This document shows positions 12,870-23,480 of a stretch of 47,420 bases of DNA, in pieces. The notes under the pieces were generated by a model that did no database searches, was not told the DNA's origin, and worked only from the letters and a program-made list of their open reading frames with translations. Within the stretch, counting starts at the first letter, position 1. The number at the start of each line of letters is the position of its first letter. The position numbers were made by a program, and so were the translations under genes. The stretch comes from Nemertoderma westbladi (taxonomy: Eukaryota > Animalia > Xenacoelomorpha), in the NCBI GenBank assembly GCA_032718475.1, contig JAUCBJ010002486.1, positions 1 to 47,420 of the forward strand. The letters run 5' to 3'.

Positions 12870-13100
12870 CTAAACGTCGTACAGTCCGTGGTGTGGAGTG
12901 TCGGCCGTTCCCATCACTGACGCAGCATTTCCCACCAAAATCGCCACAGCAAGGCGCTGCAGGAGAAACTGGTGGGAGCGGGGTTCGTGCGTGGCGATGT
13001 GGAGGCGGGACCCGACCTCCCGTAGGAAGGTGGCAGTCTCGGGTCCTGGGCGGCCGAAAGTCTCATAGGCCACGGGGTTGAATAAGTGGCCCCGCTCCAT
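12870..13100 (-). pseudogene. 3' end of a CRE-clade non-LTR retrotransposon (C-terminus of the restriction-like endonuclease)
   Basis: FNPVAYETFGRPG...FLLQRLAVAILVGNAASVMGT matches the CRE-type FxPxxxETxG...QRLxxAxxxGNA signature; GC-rich relative to its flanks. Confidence 0.75.
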
Positions 13101-14744
13101 CACCTCCCAGTGATAAGTTGAGTATTAATAATTATTTCAAACACTTTGTTGAAAACTGAAAGTAAGGATATCGGGCGATAATTTGCAGATTGGAGAGATT
13201 TTACCAAACTTCAGATTCTTTCTAAACTTTTAAGGACTAAATACACCAAGTTTGGTTTATTTTTATCAAGGAATGACTGAGTTATTAGCGATCATAAATT
13301 AGACAACGACGACGACAGACGACTCGTTAATGGCACCCATGTCAAGGGTTCGATTTACAAGGGTACAATTATAATTTATTATTGGTGTTTTGGGTGAATT
13401 AATGGTTTCATATTATTATAACTTTCATTGAGCACAGCTGTACAAATCATTCAAAAAACTCATTGCCGACTTTGCAAAGTGTGCTACGAAAGTTATTCTT
13501 TACTACAGTATAAGTAAGTGGCGCAAAACAGCCGTAGATATGGCTATTCAAATTCATACAGCTAGCTGGTTCTTTATGTACTGTATGTATTGATGTGAAT
13601 CCTCTTGAATAAACAACTGAATGCTAACCTCTGAACTTGTGTTGGATGTCTCCGTCAATTGCACCTGGTACATTATCGGTGGATCATTCAACTGGAACCC
13701 GACTGGAGGTTTCCATGCAAACACAGAGACATTGTTGCCAACAATGAGAACTTGTAAATCATCCGGAGCGAGGGTGTAAACTATATAGGAAACGAATAGT
13801 CATTAATATATATGAAATTTGTATGATCCTGAACACCGCTGTGGTATTATAGTAGGGCAGATTAATGTAAAATCATTCAAATTGTGATACAAGCATGAAA
13901 TTTGGTACGAACGTTGCTTTGGGATCACTTTGCAAGAAAAATGTGCTAGCCACTTGGAATTCAGACATGGCGGCAACAAGTTCAGGTTTCCATGTCAACC
14001 AGTACTTAATATGATATATATAACCCTTAAATCTGGTGGAAGTTTCCAGAAAATGATTTTCATATATGTACATATGTGCACTACATTTTGAAAAATATAT
14101 GTTGAATATATAATTTTCATATAATTTGTTTGTTTCCTGAGAAACCGATATAAATTAAAATTTGAAATTTTTGAGTCATCTGCATCATGATATATTTGTT
14201 AAAATAAATAGGTTTGCTTTTATGTGTTCTCGTTTATAATTACAGTTCCAATCGAGATGAGTGTTGTGTTTAAGTAAAGTTATGTTAAAATAATCGTAAT
14301 CGTAAAATTGTTTAGCAACCACATCCATCATTCTTTCCATTTAAATAACTTTATTTTGAGGCTTAAATTTTATATAATTTTCGGATGACTTCTTATAATG
14401 TTGATTAACGATCATTGTTCGAAGTGATTCTAGAAATATTTTAATTGAGTTGTTGCCATGGCAACTATGGTAAACATGCTTAAGTACTTAAGTTGGAGCC
14501 AGTTCCCAAGAAGGCAACCTACCACTCTATGGTTCTTTTTGGGGAATCTCATTGATCTCGATTGCTGCAAAGCTATACAATAAAATTTTATTAAATCGCA
14601 TCAGGGATCCCATTGAGAGAATGCTCAGTGGAAATCAGAATGGGTTCCGTAAAGGTCGTGGGACCATGGAACCCATTTTGGAACTTAGAAGGATAATTGA
14701 AGAGTTATTAAAAAAGAAAGACAGGCATCTGGCTGTTATCTTTG

Positions 14745-14873
14745 TGACGTATATGAGTAGGGGGGTTTGGTGAACTTAGTATGACGTATATTAATGGTGT
14801 TGATATAAGTATGGAAATAGAACAAACCAAGCATTAGGCCTAGGTGTACTGTAAATAGCAGAAGTACTACACA
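14745..14873 (-). repeat. 3' LTR of the Mag-like element (129 bp)
   Basis: Shares its first ~78 bp and last 15 bp with 19584-19690; preceded on the minus strand by purine-rich AGGAAAGAAGTA (PPT). Confidence 0.85.
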
Positions 14874-15039
14874 TACTTCTTTCCTGCATTGTTTTTGGTT
14901 GCCTAGCAACGATACACTATGTTGCTGAGTTACAGTGCTAGGATACCAATACAGCTAAACTTGATTGCTTTTACAGCACTAGAGCAAGAATATAGTATTT
15001 ATATTGTAGATATCTGTCTCCCGATTGTGTATTTCACAA

Positions 15040-18000
15040 CTATAGCGGGTCTGTGAATCCATAGCGCTGGGGGGGTCGGATATTGCGCCCAGAACGTGTA
15101 CTTGATTGAGTCCGTTGGTCCGCGCGTTGTGGTGGGGTTGGTGAGGCGATGTCGGCCCAGGTCGGGGGTGTCACTGGCCGAGGGGCCTCGGGCTCTGGGG
15201 CAGCGGGCGGAGCGATTTGCGGGATAACCGGGGGAGGGCTGGGTAGGATCGGGGTGGGAGTGGGTTGTCCACCTTCCGAGGCGGTGCGTGGGCGGAGGAA
15301 GACGCGGTTGCGCCGCAGGACGCGTCCACTCTCCTGGCGGACCATGTAGTCGTGGTTCGCCAGCGCCTCGACGACCACGCCTCGTCCCGTCCAACGCTTG
15401 GTGGTAGCGTCCTGGACGAGGACGGGTGTCCCTACGGGCATGACATGGAGGGGGCGGGTGCGGAGGTCGTAGGCTGCGCGGAGGTTGCTTTTAGTCTGTT
15501 CGGCAACCTCGTCGAGTTCCTGGAAGCTCTTCCTCCACTTGGGGTCGAATGAGTTGAAGTGGGCGGGCAAAGCTTCCCGGATATTGCGTCCGTAGAGGAG
15601 TTCCGCAGGTGAGCGCCCTCCATATCGTGGGGTGTTGCGGAACGCGAGTATACCCTGGGCTATAAGGTCGACGTCGTGGTCAGCGCCCCGGACGAGTCGC
15701 TTCATCGCCTTGACGGCGGCTTCGGCGTGGCCGTTTGTGCGGGGTAGGTGGGGCGACGACGGGTTTAAGTGAACCCCCCAGTTGTTGAGGAAGTTCTTCA
15801 CGGCCTCGGATACGAACTGTGGGCCGCCATCTGGATGGAACTCCAGGGGGACTGCTGTGGCGAGGAACAGGAGCCGGAGTTTACGGATGATGGCAGCGGA
15901 TGTCGTATCGGAACCGAGGAGGAACAACGTGGGCCAGCCGGTATATTCGTCGGTAGCGACCATGTAGTTGGTGCTGTCGACGACGAACAGGTCGGCGTGG
16001 ATCCTCTGGAATGGGCGGGTGGCCTCGGGGTTCCGTTGGATGGGTTCCGGTGCGTGGGAGGGCAGGGACGACTGGCAGGACTGGCAGCGTTCGATGGCGA
16101 CGGCGATGTCGTTCGATATCGTAGGCCACCAGACCGACCGGGCCGCGCGTTCCCGGGTTTTATTGAGTCCCTGGTGGGCGGCGTGGAGCAGTCGGAGGGT
16201 GTTGGGCCGGAGCGCCCCCGGGATGTAGATCTGCGGCCCACGAAGGATTACTCCATCATGGACCATCAGTTCCGTGCGGTGCTGGAAGTAGGGCCGCATG
16301 TCGTCGTTAGCCACGTTGTGGCGGGACGTCGGCCAGCCGTCCCGGATCGTGGCGAGGAGCGCCACATAGATCGGGTCGGCGGCACCGGCTGTCCGGATCT
16401 CCTGGAGGCGGGCATCGCGGTCGTCGATCGTCGGAATGGACTCGGCGAGAGCAGCGGAGACAATAAACTCGCGGTCGTTGTCATCTTCGGCTGCGAGGAC
16501 GAAGTCGTCCGGAGTGGGTTTTTTGCGTGGGCAGCGGGAGAACGCGTCGGCGACGAGGTGGCGGGCCCCCTTCTGGTGGCGCGCGGTAAAGTTAAACCGC
16601 GAGAGGGCCGTCTTCAGCTTTAGTAGCCGATCGTTGGTGACTTGGTCGAGTCGCCTGTCATTTAGGATGGGTATTAAGGGGCTGCAGTCGGTGACTAGTT
16701 CGAAGTGGTTCAGCCCATGTAGAAAGTAGCGGCATTTATGAGCCGCCCAGGCCGCCCCGAGGGCCTCCAGCTCGGCCATCCCGGACCAGTTCGCCTCGTG
16801 TTTGGCGAGTGTTCGGGAGCCGCACTGGATGGTGAGCCATCGGTTTGGGGCCGGGTCCCACTGCCGGAGGAGGAAGCCGAGGCCGTGGAGGCGCGAGGCG
16901 TCAGTCAGTAGTTCAGTCCGCCTGTCGGGGTGGAAACCTGAGAGGTATAGTGGACTCGACAGCGCGGTCCGGGTTGCCTCGAACGCGTTCTGGTGCTGCG
17001 GAAGCCAAACCCAGGCGGCCCTGTCCGTGTTGAGACTGCGGAGGGGGTCGACGAGTTGGGAGATCTCGGGAGTCGAGTTTCCCAACTGTTGGGCGAGGCC
17101 CAGGAAGGAACGGAGTTCGCGGCGGTTAGTTGGGGCCGGGAAGTGGCGGAGGTCGTCGGTGAGGGCCGGATCGATCCGGTAGTGCCCGTGACTGACGAGG
17201 TAGCCCCCGAACCGGACCTCGGGGAGGCAGTACTGGACTTTGTCGGTGTTCAGCGATACGTTGGCGGTGTCGCAGGCTGCGAGGACGCGGGCGACGGCCT
17301 CCGGGTGTTCCTCGGCCGTGTCAGTGTGGATGATGACATCCTCCACTATCCGCCCGATGTTGGGGACTCCGCTGAGAGCGCGCGCCATCCTCGCGTTAAA
17401 CACATCGGAGCTGCCGTGCCACCCCATGGGCATCCGCCGGTAGCGGAAGTGGCCGCGTGGGGTTGTGAAGGTGGTGAGACGGCGGCTGGCGAGGTCGAGG
17501 CCCACCTGGTGAAACCCTTTAAGACCGTCGAGAACGGTGAAGTAGCGGGCCGAGGTGGGAATTCTCGAGACGACGTGGAACGGAGAGGGGGAGAAGTAGT
17601 TGGGGCGAACTGTGGCTTTATTAAGTTCGCGTAAATCAACCGTTATGCGGACTTTGTTGGGGTCGCTTTTCTTCCGCGTAACGACCATCGGGCTGAGCCA
17701 CTCGCCCGGGTTGTTCTCGTCCCCGGCGGGCTCCAGGATCCCCATGGCGATCTGGTCGTCGAGTTCCCGGTTGAACGCGGCCTCCAGGTTGACAGGGATG
17801 GAGCGGTTCGTATAGGACTGGTTGGGCTGGGCGCCGGGGGTGAGGTTGATGGTGAGTTCCCCTCCCGCCATGACTCGGCACTGCCCTGACAGTGGGCGGG
17901 GGAAACGGCGGTGTAGGGCTTCCCAGTCGGAGTGGGCGGATGCTACTGGGGGTGCCGGAGCGCCCGGTGGGGGTGACGGTGTGTTGGCGTTGGGTTTGGG

Positions 18001-18207
18001 TGGCCCAACAGGGACTGGTGGCTGGGCATCGGTGGGTGGCGGCGGCGTGATTGGCTTGGTTTGTTCTATAACCATGTGGTTCGTAATTGCCGCCAAGTTG
18101 CCACCGCGGAGTATCGGACTCCGCAGTACTCCCAGGGTGAAACACACCCTTCGGGAGAGGAGGGGCTGTTGCAACCCGTCGAGCACCCATAGGTCGGTGG
18201 TGCACAC
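15040..18207 (-). CDS. pol: Gypsy Pol (RT, RNase H, integrase), 1055-aa open frame
   Basis: WLSPMVV, VDLRELN, LDGLKGFHQV, RMPMG, IVEDV, TDAS, ELEALG, LHAAHQG...CQSC, HADLF, PDGGPQF, NGHAE. Confidence 0.92.
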   Translation of the reverse strand: MCTTDLWVLDGLQQPLLSRRVCFTLGVLRSPILRGGNLAAITNHMVIEQTKPITPPPPTDAQPPVPVGPPKPNANTPSPPPGAPAPPVASAHSDWEALHRRFPRPLSGQCRVMAGGELTINLTPGAQPNQSYTNRSIPVNLEAAFNRELDDQIAMGILEPAGDENNPGEWLSPMVVTRKKSDPNKVRITVDLRELNKATVRPNYFSPSPFHVVSRIPTSARYFTVLDGLKGFHQVGLDLASRRLTTFTTPRGHFRYRRMPMGWHGSSDVFNARMARALSGVPNIGRIVEDVIIHTDTAEEHPEAVARVLAACDTANVSLNTDKVQYCLPEVRFGGYLVSHGHYRIDPALTDDLRHFPAPTNRRELRSFLGLAQQLGNSTPEISQLVDPLRSLNTDRAAWVWLPQHQNAFEATRTALSSPLYLSGFHPDRRTELLTDASRLHGLGFLLRQWDPAPNRWLTIQCGSRTLAKHEANWSGMAELEALGAAWAAHKCRYFLHGLNHFELVTDCSPLIPILNDRRLDQVTNDRLLKLKTALSRFNFTARHQKGARHLVADAFSRCPRKKPTPDDFVLAAEDDNDREFIVSAALAESIPTIDDRDARLQEIRTAGAADPIYVALLATIRDGWPTSRHNVANDDMRPYFQHRTELMVHDGVILRGPQIYIPGALRPNTLRLLHAAHQGLNKTRERAARSVWWPTISNDIAVAIERCQSCQSSLPSHAPEPIQRNPEATRPFQRIHADLFVVDSTNYMVATDEYTGWPTLFLLGSDTTSAAIIRKLRLLFLATAVPLEFHPDGGPQFVSEAVKNFLNNWGVHLNPSSPHLPRTNGHAEAAVKAMKRLVRGADHDVDLIAQGILAFRNTPRYGGRSPAELLYGRNIREALPAHFNSFDPKWRKSFQELDEVAEQTKSNLRAAYDLRTRPLHVMPVGTPVLVQDATTKRWTGRGVVVEALANHDYMVRQESGRVLRRNRVFLRPRTASEGGQPTPTPILPSPPPVIPQIAPPAAPEPEAPRPVTPPTWADIASPTPPQRADQRTQSSTRSGRNIRPPQRYGFTDPL

Positions 18208-18600
18208 AGTTCCGAGGGCGGTGCACTGGAGGGTGGCGTAAATATCCCCTTAAAGGTCCACCCGAGGCGGCTCCCATTGGCGAGGCGGGGTGCCAGCGGG
18301 GTCTCAGAGTCCTTGTGGCTCGTCATCGGTTGGCCGTCGGGGTGGCGGAGGTTCTCGTGGCGGCCTCCGAACGCCCTGTAGATCCGCCAAGGGATGGTGG
18401 TCACGTTGGCTCCGGAGTCCGGGAGGAACTGCAGCTCCGGGATACCGCGGGTCGGGTCCTTGGTGACCTGGAAGCCGATGGTCACAGTTTCGAGGGCCTC
18501 GAGTCTCTCCATGGCCGAGACGTCCGGGATGGAGTCCAGGTCGAGTCCGTCCAGGATCGTGGACCAGACCTGGGCGTTGTGGGCGGACTCGTGGTCGTCC
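18066..18600 (-). CDS. Gypsy aspartic protease, in a frame different from both gag and RT
   Basis: LQFLPDSGANVTTI in ORF 18066-18512; exact frameshift points not determined. Confidence 0.75.
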
Positions 18601-19516
18601 CGTCCGTTGTCGGGTTCCTGGGTGGTGTAGTCCTAGTCCGTGGGTTCGGCGTTGGGCGGCTGCGGCACATTCGGTCGTAGTGGCCGACTTGGTTGCAGTG
18701 GCGGCAACGGGCCGTAGCGCCCGGACAACGTTTGCCGGCCTGGTGTGGGGGGTAACCGCACTGAGGGCACTTGGAGGATGACTTCGGTTGTCGCTCCTCG
18801 TGGACCGGGCCCTGTTGGTAGCGCCGGGGTGCGGCTGTAACGCGGGTGACGGCGGCGGCGGGGTTCGAGGGCAGGGCGAGCGATGCGGCGTCCTTGCGCG
18901 CTGCCCAGACGGCTTGGGCGAGCCGCAGTGCGTCGCCGAGGGAACAGTCGTTGGGGAGACGGAGGAGTTGCTCTGTAACTTCTTTGTCGCCGAATCCCGC
19001 AGTGAACTGGTCCAGGAGGCGGTCCTCTTGGTGGGCCTCCTTAGTGGCGAGCGCGGCGAAGTCGCACTTGGCGGCCAGGTCCCGGAGGGCGACGAGGAAG
19101 GACTCCGGACTCTCCTCGGGGAGGCGGTGACGTCGGGCCAACTGCTGCCGGTAAACCCGTCGGTTGGTCCCGCCGTCGATGTGCCGCCCCAACTGATCGA
19201 TGACGTCCTCCGAGTTCGCGTTTTGTTCGGTAGTAAGGGCGAGCCCCTTTACTACCGCGTTAGTGGCGCGAGAGAACGCCGTAGTGAGCGCGGCGCGACG
19301 TAGACAGAGGGTGGATCGACGTAGGTCGTTGGTGACGGCAGCATCCGGGGGATTCGCCGGGTCGGAGGTGAACAGGTTGAGGAGTCCCGATGTGGCGAGG
19401 AAGGCGTCCCATTCATCCTTCCAGAGGTCCCACGTTGTCTTCTCCGACTCGATGTCGAAGGCGGGCGGGGAGCTTCGCAGGATGAAGGTGTGGGGGTTGC
19501 GTGGATCTGTCGCCAT
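18482..19516 (-). CDS. gag: Gypsy Gag
   Basis: Likely start MATDP at 19516; WDLWKDEWDAF, ESPESFLVALRDLAAKCDF, CPQCGYPPHQAGKRCP...CRHCNQVGHYDRMC. Confidence 0.88.
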   Translation of the reverse strand: MATDPRNPHTFILRSSPPAFDIESEKTTWDLWKDEWDAFLATSGLLNLFTSDPANPPDAAVTNDLRRSTLCLRRAALTTAFSRATNAVVKGLALTTEQNANSEDVIDQLGRHIDGGTNRRVYRQQLARRHRLPEESPESFLVALRDLAAKCDFAALATKEAHQEDRLLDQFTAGFGDKEVTEQLLRLPNDCSLGDALRLAQAVWAARKDAASLALPSNPAAAVTRVTAAPRRYQQGPVHEERQPKSSSKCPQCGYPPHQAGKRCPGATARCRHCNQVGHYDRMCRSRPTPNPRTRTTPPRNPTTDGTTTSPPTTPRSGPRSWTDSTWTPSRTSRPWRDSRPSKL

Positions 19517-19567
19517 GTTGTTAATGGGGAATAGTAGGAGTTCGTAGGTCCAGTTTATCGGCGTGTT

Positions 19568-19583
19568 CGGAAGCACTGCGCCA
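19568..19583 (-). promoter_or_regulatory. tRNA primer-binding site of the Mag-like element
   Basis: TGGCGCAGTGCTTCCG directly abuts the 5' LTR end; the TGG is complementary to tRNA CCA (tRNA-Ser-like, not verified). Confidence 0.8.
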
Positions 19584-19690
19584 TGACGTATATGAGTAGG
19601 GGGGTTTGGTGAACTTAGTATGACGTATATTAATGGTGTTGATATAAGTATGGAAATAGAAGTACAGAAGTATTACAGAAGTACTACACA
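19584..19690 (-). repeat. 5' LTR of the Mag-like element (107 bp)
   Basis: TG...CA termini, bounded by the PBS and the TSD. Confidence 0.85.
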
Positions 19691-19744
19691 CTTTGTTGAC
19701 TTCTTCAAGGCCTTTGATTCAGTCTCTCGCTCACATATGTTCAG

Positions 19745-21138
19745 TAGGGTGGTGCGTTTTTTTACTTTTTTTCGATTTCGTTGTTCTACCCGTGCGCAAA
19801 AGTTGCCAAATGGTAAAAAAAAAATAAGGCAAAACAAATTTCTTTAAATTTGGTCTATATCTTCACGGATCCCAAGAGTGTTGAAATTTTTAGCCATAGC
19901 GATGCGCCATAATTAAATTTATATAGCAATATAACACGTTAATGAAAGATTAATGACTCAAGAAAGAACTTCCTACATGCATCAAATGGGTCCAAACTTA
20001 GTTAGATACCAAAATTTTAATTTTTGGATCAAGGGAACTAGTGCCACAGGCACATGGACAGAACCTACCATTTGGCGCAAGTGGTGATAATTCTCAATTT
20101 TCGCGATAGCCAACTTTGAGTTCTCCTACTGCATTAATATTATGCTCATCAGAACCGCAATGTCCGATTTAGTGGGGGTAGACAACTTCAAAACAAACGT
20201 AGAGCGAATAGTTCTGAAAATTGCAGAAAATGTGAAGTCCGGCACAAGTCTATATTACCGCCTTGATGCAAAATCGACAAATCCTCAAAAAATTTTATTT
20301 TGAATTATCTCAAGGAATCAAGAATAGACACATCTCAGAAATGATCGATGTAGTGGGTGTAGACACCTTTAAAATAAGAGTAGAGTCATTGGTTCTTGAG
20401 TTATTTTACTTAATGTCAAGACTATATCCACCAATTAATACTTGATATTGAGTTGACCCATTCCACACATTTTTACAAAAACTATAGTGAATTAATCACT
20501 ACTCTTTAATTTTGAAGGTGTCTGTATACACTAAATCAATTTGTTGCAGCGATGTGTCTATTCTTGATTCCTTGAGATAATTCAAAATAAAATTTTTTGA
20601 GGATTTGTCCATATCGCATCAAGGTGGTAATGTAGACTTGTGCCGGACTTCACATTTTCAGCGATATTTCAAAAACTATTCGCTCTACGTTTGTTTTGAA
20701 GGTGTCTACCCCCACTAAATCGGCCATTGCGGTTCTACTGAGCATAATATTAATACAGTAGGAGCAATCAAAGTTGGCCATCGCGAAAATTTAGAATTAT
20801 CATCATTTGTGCCAAATGGTAGGTTCTGTCCATGTGCCTGTGGCACTAGTTCCCTTGATCCAAAAATTAAAATTTTGGTATCTAACAAAGTTTGGACCCA
20901 TTTGATGACATTTGATGCATGCAGGAAGTTCTTTCTTGAGTCATTGATCTTTCATTAATGTGTTATAATTGCTATAAATTTAATTATGGCGCATCGCGAT
21001 GGCTCAAAATTTCAGCCCTCTTGGGATCCGTGAAGGTATAGACGAAATATTTTTTTTGCCTTATTTTTTACCATTTGGCAACTTTTGTGCACCGGTAGAA
21101 CAATGAAATCGAAAAAAAGTAAAAAACGCACCGCCCTA
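19745..21138. mobile_element. hAT-type non-autonomous foldback MITE (1394 bp)
   Basis: 8-bp TSD ATGTTCAG (19737-19744, 21139-21146); termini TAGGGTGGTGCG / CGCACCGCCCTA; arms are inverted copies for more than 600 bp. Confidence 0.92.
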
Positions 21139-22426
21139 ATGTTCAGCATACTTTCATTATATGGGATTCCTGATGAAATTATTGCAGCAATCAGATCAGT
21201 ATACGATGGTTCAACAACAACATTTGTGCGTACTGTTGACGGTGACACAGAACCATTTGAAGTGTTAGGGGGCGTCCTCCAGGGAGACACACTTGCACCA
21301 TTCTTGTTCATAATTGTGGTTGACTATGTTCTGCGCATGTCCTTAGATCATCATAATGATGATGGGGTGATGATAACTCCACCTACTGGCTCCAGAATTC
21401 GAGGAAATCTTGCAAAGCACCTAACTGATCTCGACTTTGCTGATGACTTAGGAGTACTCTCAGAATCACGGGGGGGGGGGGTGGCATTGGGCCATGCCCC
21501 CCCCCCCCCCCCCCCCCCCCTTGAACAAATGTTGAAAAGGCCGGAGAAATATCATTAAATACTGTAATATCGGTCAAATGCTTTGCCTTTCCAGCAAAGC
21601 AAAATATGTTAGTTACATTAACAGCCCGACCAGACAGATAGGATTAACATTGTCCCAACCCAGGCATATGGGTAGCCAAAGAAAGGTTAACTTAAGCTAA
21701 ATATAAGAAGACTCCATCTAAATGTTGTAGCCCTCAGCCACATTACCACTAATACCCCCCCCCCCCCCCACCCTCATCTCTACCATCGTAGTCTGTAAAT
21801 GTGGCCTTGTAACTTCGACATAATGGAAGCAAGGGGAGCCTAATTGACCACAAAAGGAGGGCGCCTCATTGTTACTGCTGTTCAGCACTGTGGGTACAGT
21901 GTACAGTGGGGAACAGCATTGAGGTTTTGACTCCATCTGTGTTCAAATAGTCTGACAGTGTTCAATATAGCAATGTAAGATAGGTACGTAGACCAATGTA
22001 ATAATATAGTGATGTAAGGCAATCTTATTGAAGGGAACTGGGTGGCCGCAGGCCATGGCCATTATGTGGTCTGATTGTATAAGTCGCTGGTTATGTAATA
22101 ACGCTTAATAGTCTTGTCAGATATCATACTGTCAATTGGTCTACTATTATTTTAATATTATAAAACGAACGGATGAACTATTTAATATCTATTTAATATT
22201 ACAGTATATTTAATATTATAGTGCAGTAGGGAGCCTATTATTATAACGTTGATAGAGTATATAATTGTTTATGTTTTTAATGTATCTATTTAACTATTTA
22301 AATCTATTTTTTAAATAATCAGGGCCGGATTTAAGCATATAGGCTGAGTAGGCCGCGGCCTAGGGCCTCCCACAACAAGGGGGCATTGTAGATGCCATCA
22401 ATGATGCTGACGACAGCAGGCAATCA

Positions 22427-23480
22427 TACTACTACTACTAGGATCGGCATGCTGCATTGCAGCTGCATTTTTAAGAATGCTGTGCCGGCTTGTCAACAAA
22501 ATTGCACCGCCACAACTCCCTATCACCCATGACATTTGCTAGATCATCCGCATCTTTAAGGCCAGTGTCCTTTAAGATGCGTCTCAAGAAAGTCATGGGC
22601 TGTCCACCATGCTTATTCACTCCATGAGGCTGCCAAAGTACAAGATTATGCACTGGCTGGTCCTCACGGCGAAAGCAATGTCCTGCAAAGCGGAGGCGAT
22701 TTTGTTCTAGTGTCAAGCTTGGGGGAACCAATGAGACACCTCCAATGTTATATAGTGTCTGGTTGGAGATGTGTGCATTGTACTTGACACAATGAACCCG
22801 GCGTAGCATTCTTGTGAATGTGCCATCCAGAGATTTGGTGTCCTCAGCAGTTAGAGCCCAGCATGGACTCCCGTAGAGGAGTACTGGAACTACTGCTGCT
22901 CTAAATAATCGGACCTTAAGTTTCCGATTAATTCTCGGTGACTTCCAAATCCTGGAAAGCCTATTCAAGGCTGCCCATGCCTTTCCCTTACGTATTCGAA
23001 GGTCCTCACCTGACTTCCGGATCCATGATCCCAGATAACAGAAGTCGTCCACATGCTCAAGCATACCATCCTTTGAGCTTATGCTCATCCGATCAGAGAC
23101 TTGCTGAGGACTTTCAAAGTTAACTGTCAGAATTTTGGTCTTTCTGGAGTTAATAAAAAGACCAACACTAGAAGCAGCATGTTCTAATGAGCTGAGGAGC
23201 CGTTGGGCTCCCTCTAATGATTCTGAGAGTACTCCTAAGTCATCAGCAAAGTCTAGATCAGTTAGGTACTTGGCAGGATTTCCTCGACTTCTGGAGCCAG
23301 TAGGTGGAGTTATCATCACCCCATCATCATTATGATGATCTAAGGACATGTGTAGAACATAGTCAACCACAATAATGAACAAGAATGGTGCAAGTGTGTC
23401 TCCTTGGAGGACGCCCCATAACACTTCAAATGGTTCTGTATCACCGTCAACAGTAGACACAAATGTTGTCGAAACCTCAG
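22427..23480 (-). mobile_element. 5'-truncated RTE-clade LINE (RT C-terminal half plus 3' UTR and (TAG)n tail)
   Basis: 337-aa open frame 22471-23484 with GVLQGDTLAPFLF, DFADD, YLGSWI, RLRFAGHCFR; tail seen as (CTA)n at 22427-22440. Confidence 0.92.

Larger units (their letters stand above)
14745..19690 (-). mobile_element. Full-length Ty3/Gypsy LTR retrotransposon, Mag-like
   Basis: 5-bp TSD CTTTG (14740-14744, 19691-19695); TG...CA ends; short LTRs; PBS; gag-PR-RT-RH-IN order; double Cys/His knuckle in Gag. Confidence 0.95.
14500..21469 (+). mobile_element. RTE-clade LINE RT region split by a Gypsy element and a hAT MITE
   Basis: Pieces 14500-14744, 19696-19744 and 21147-21469 join as ISIAAKLYNKILLNRI...QNGFRKGR...LAVIF|VDFFKAFDSVSRSHMF|SILSLYGIP...GVLQGDTLAPFLF...FADD. 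Confidence 0.9.

Noticed and set aside
15149-19547. Many overlapping ORFs on the + strand and in alternative frames
   Set aside because: Shadow ORFs expected from the high GC content of the Gypsy gag-pol; no domain motifs.
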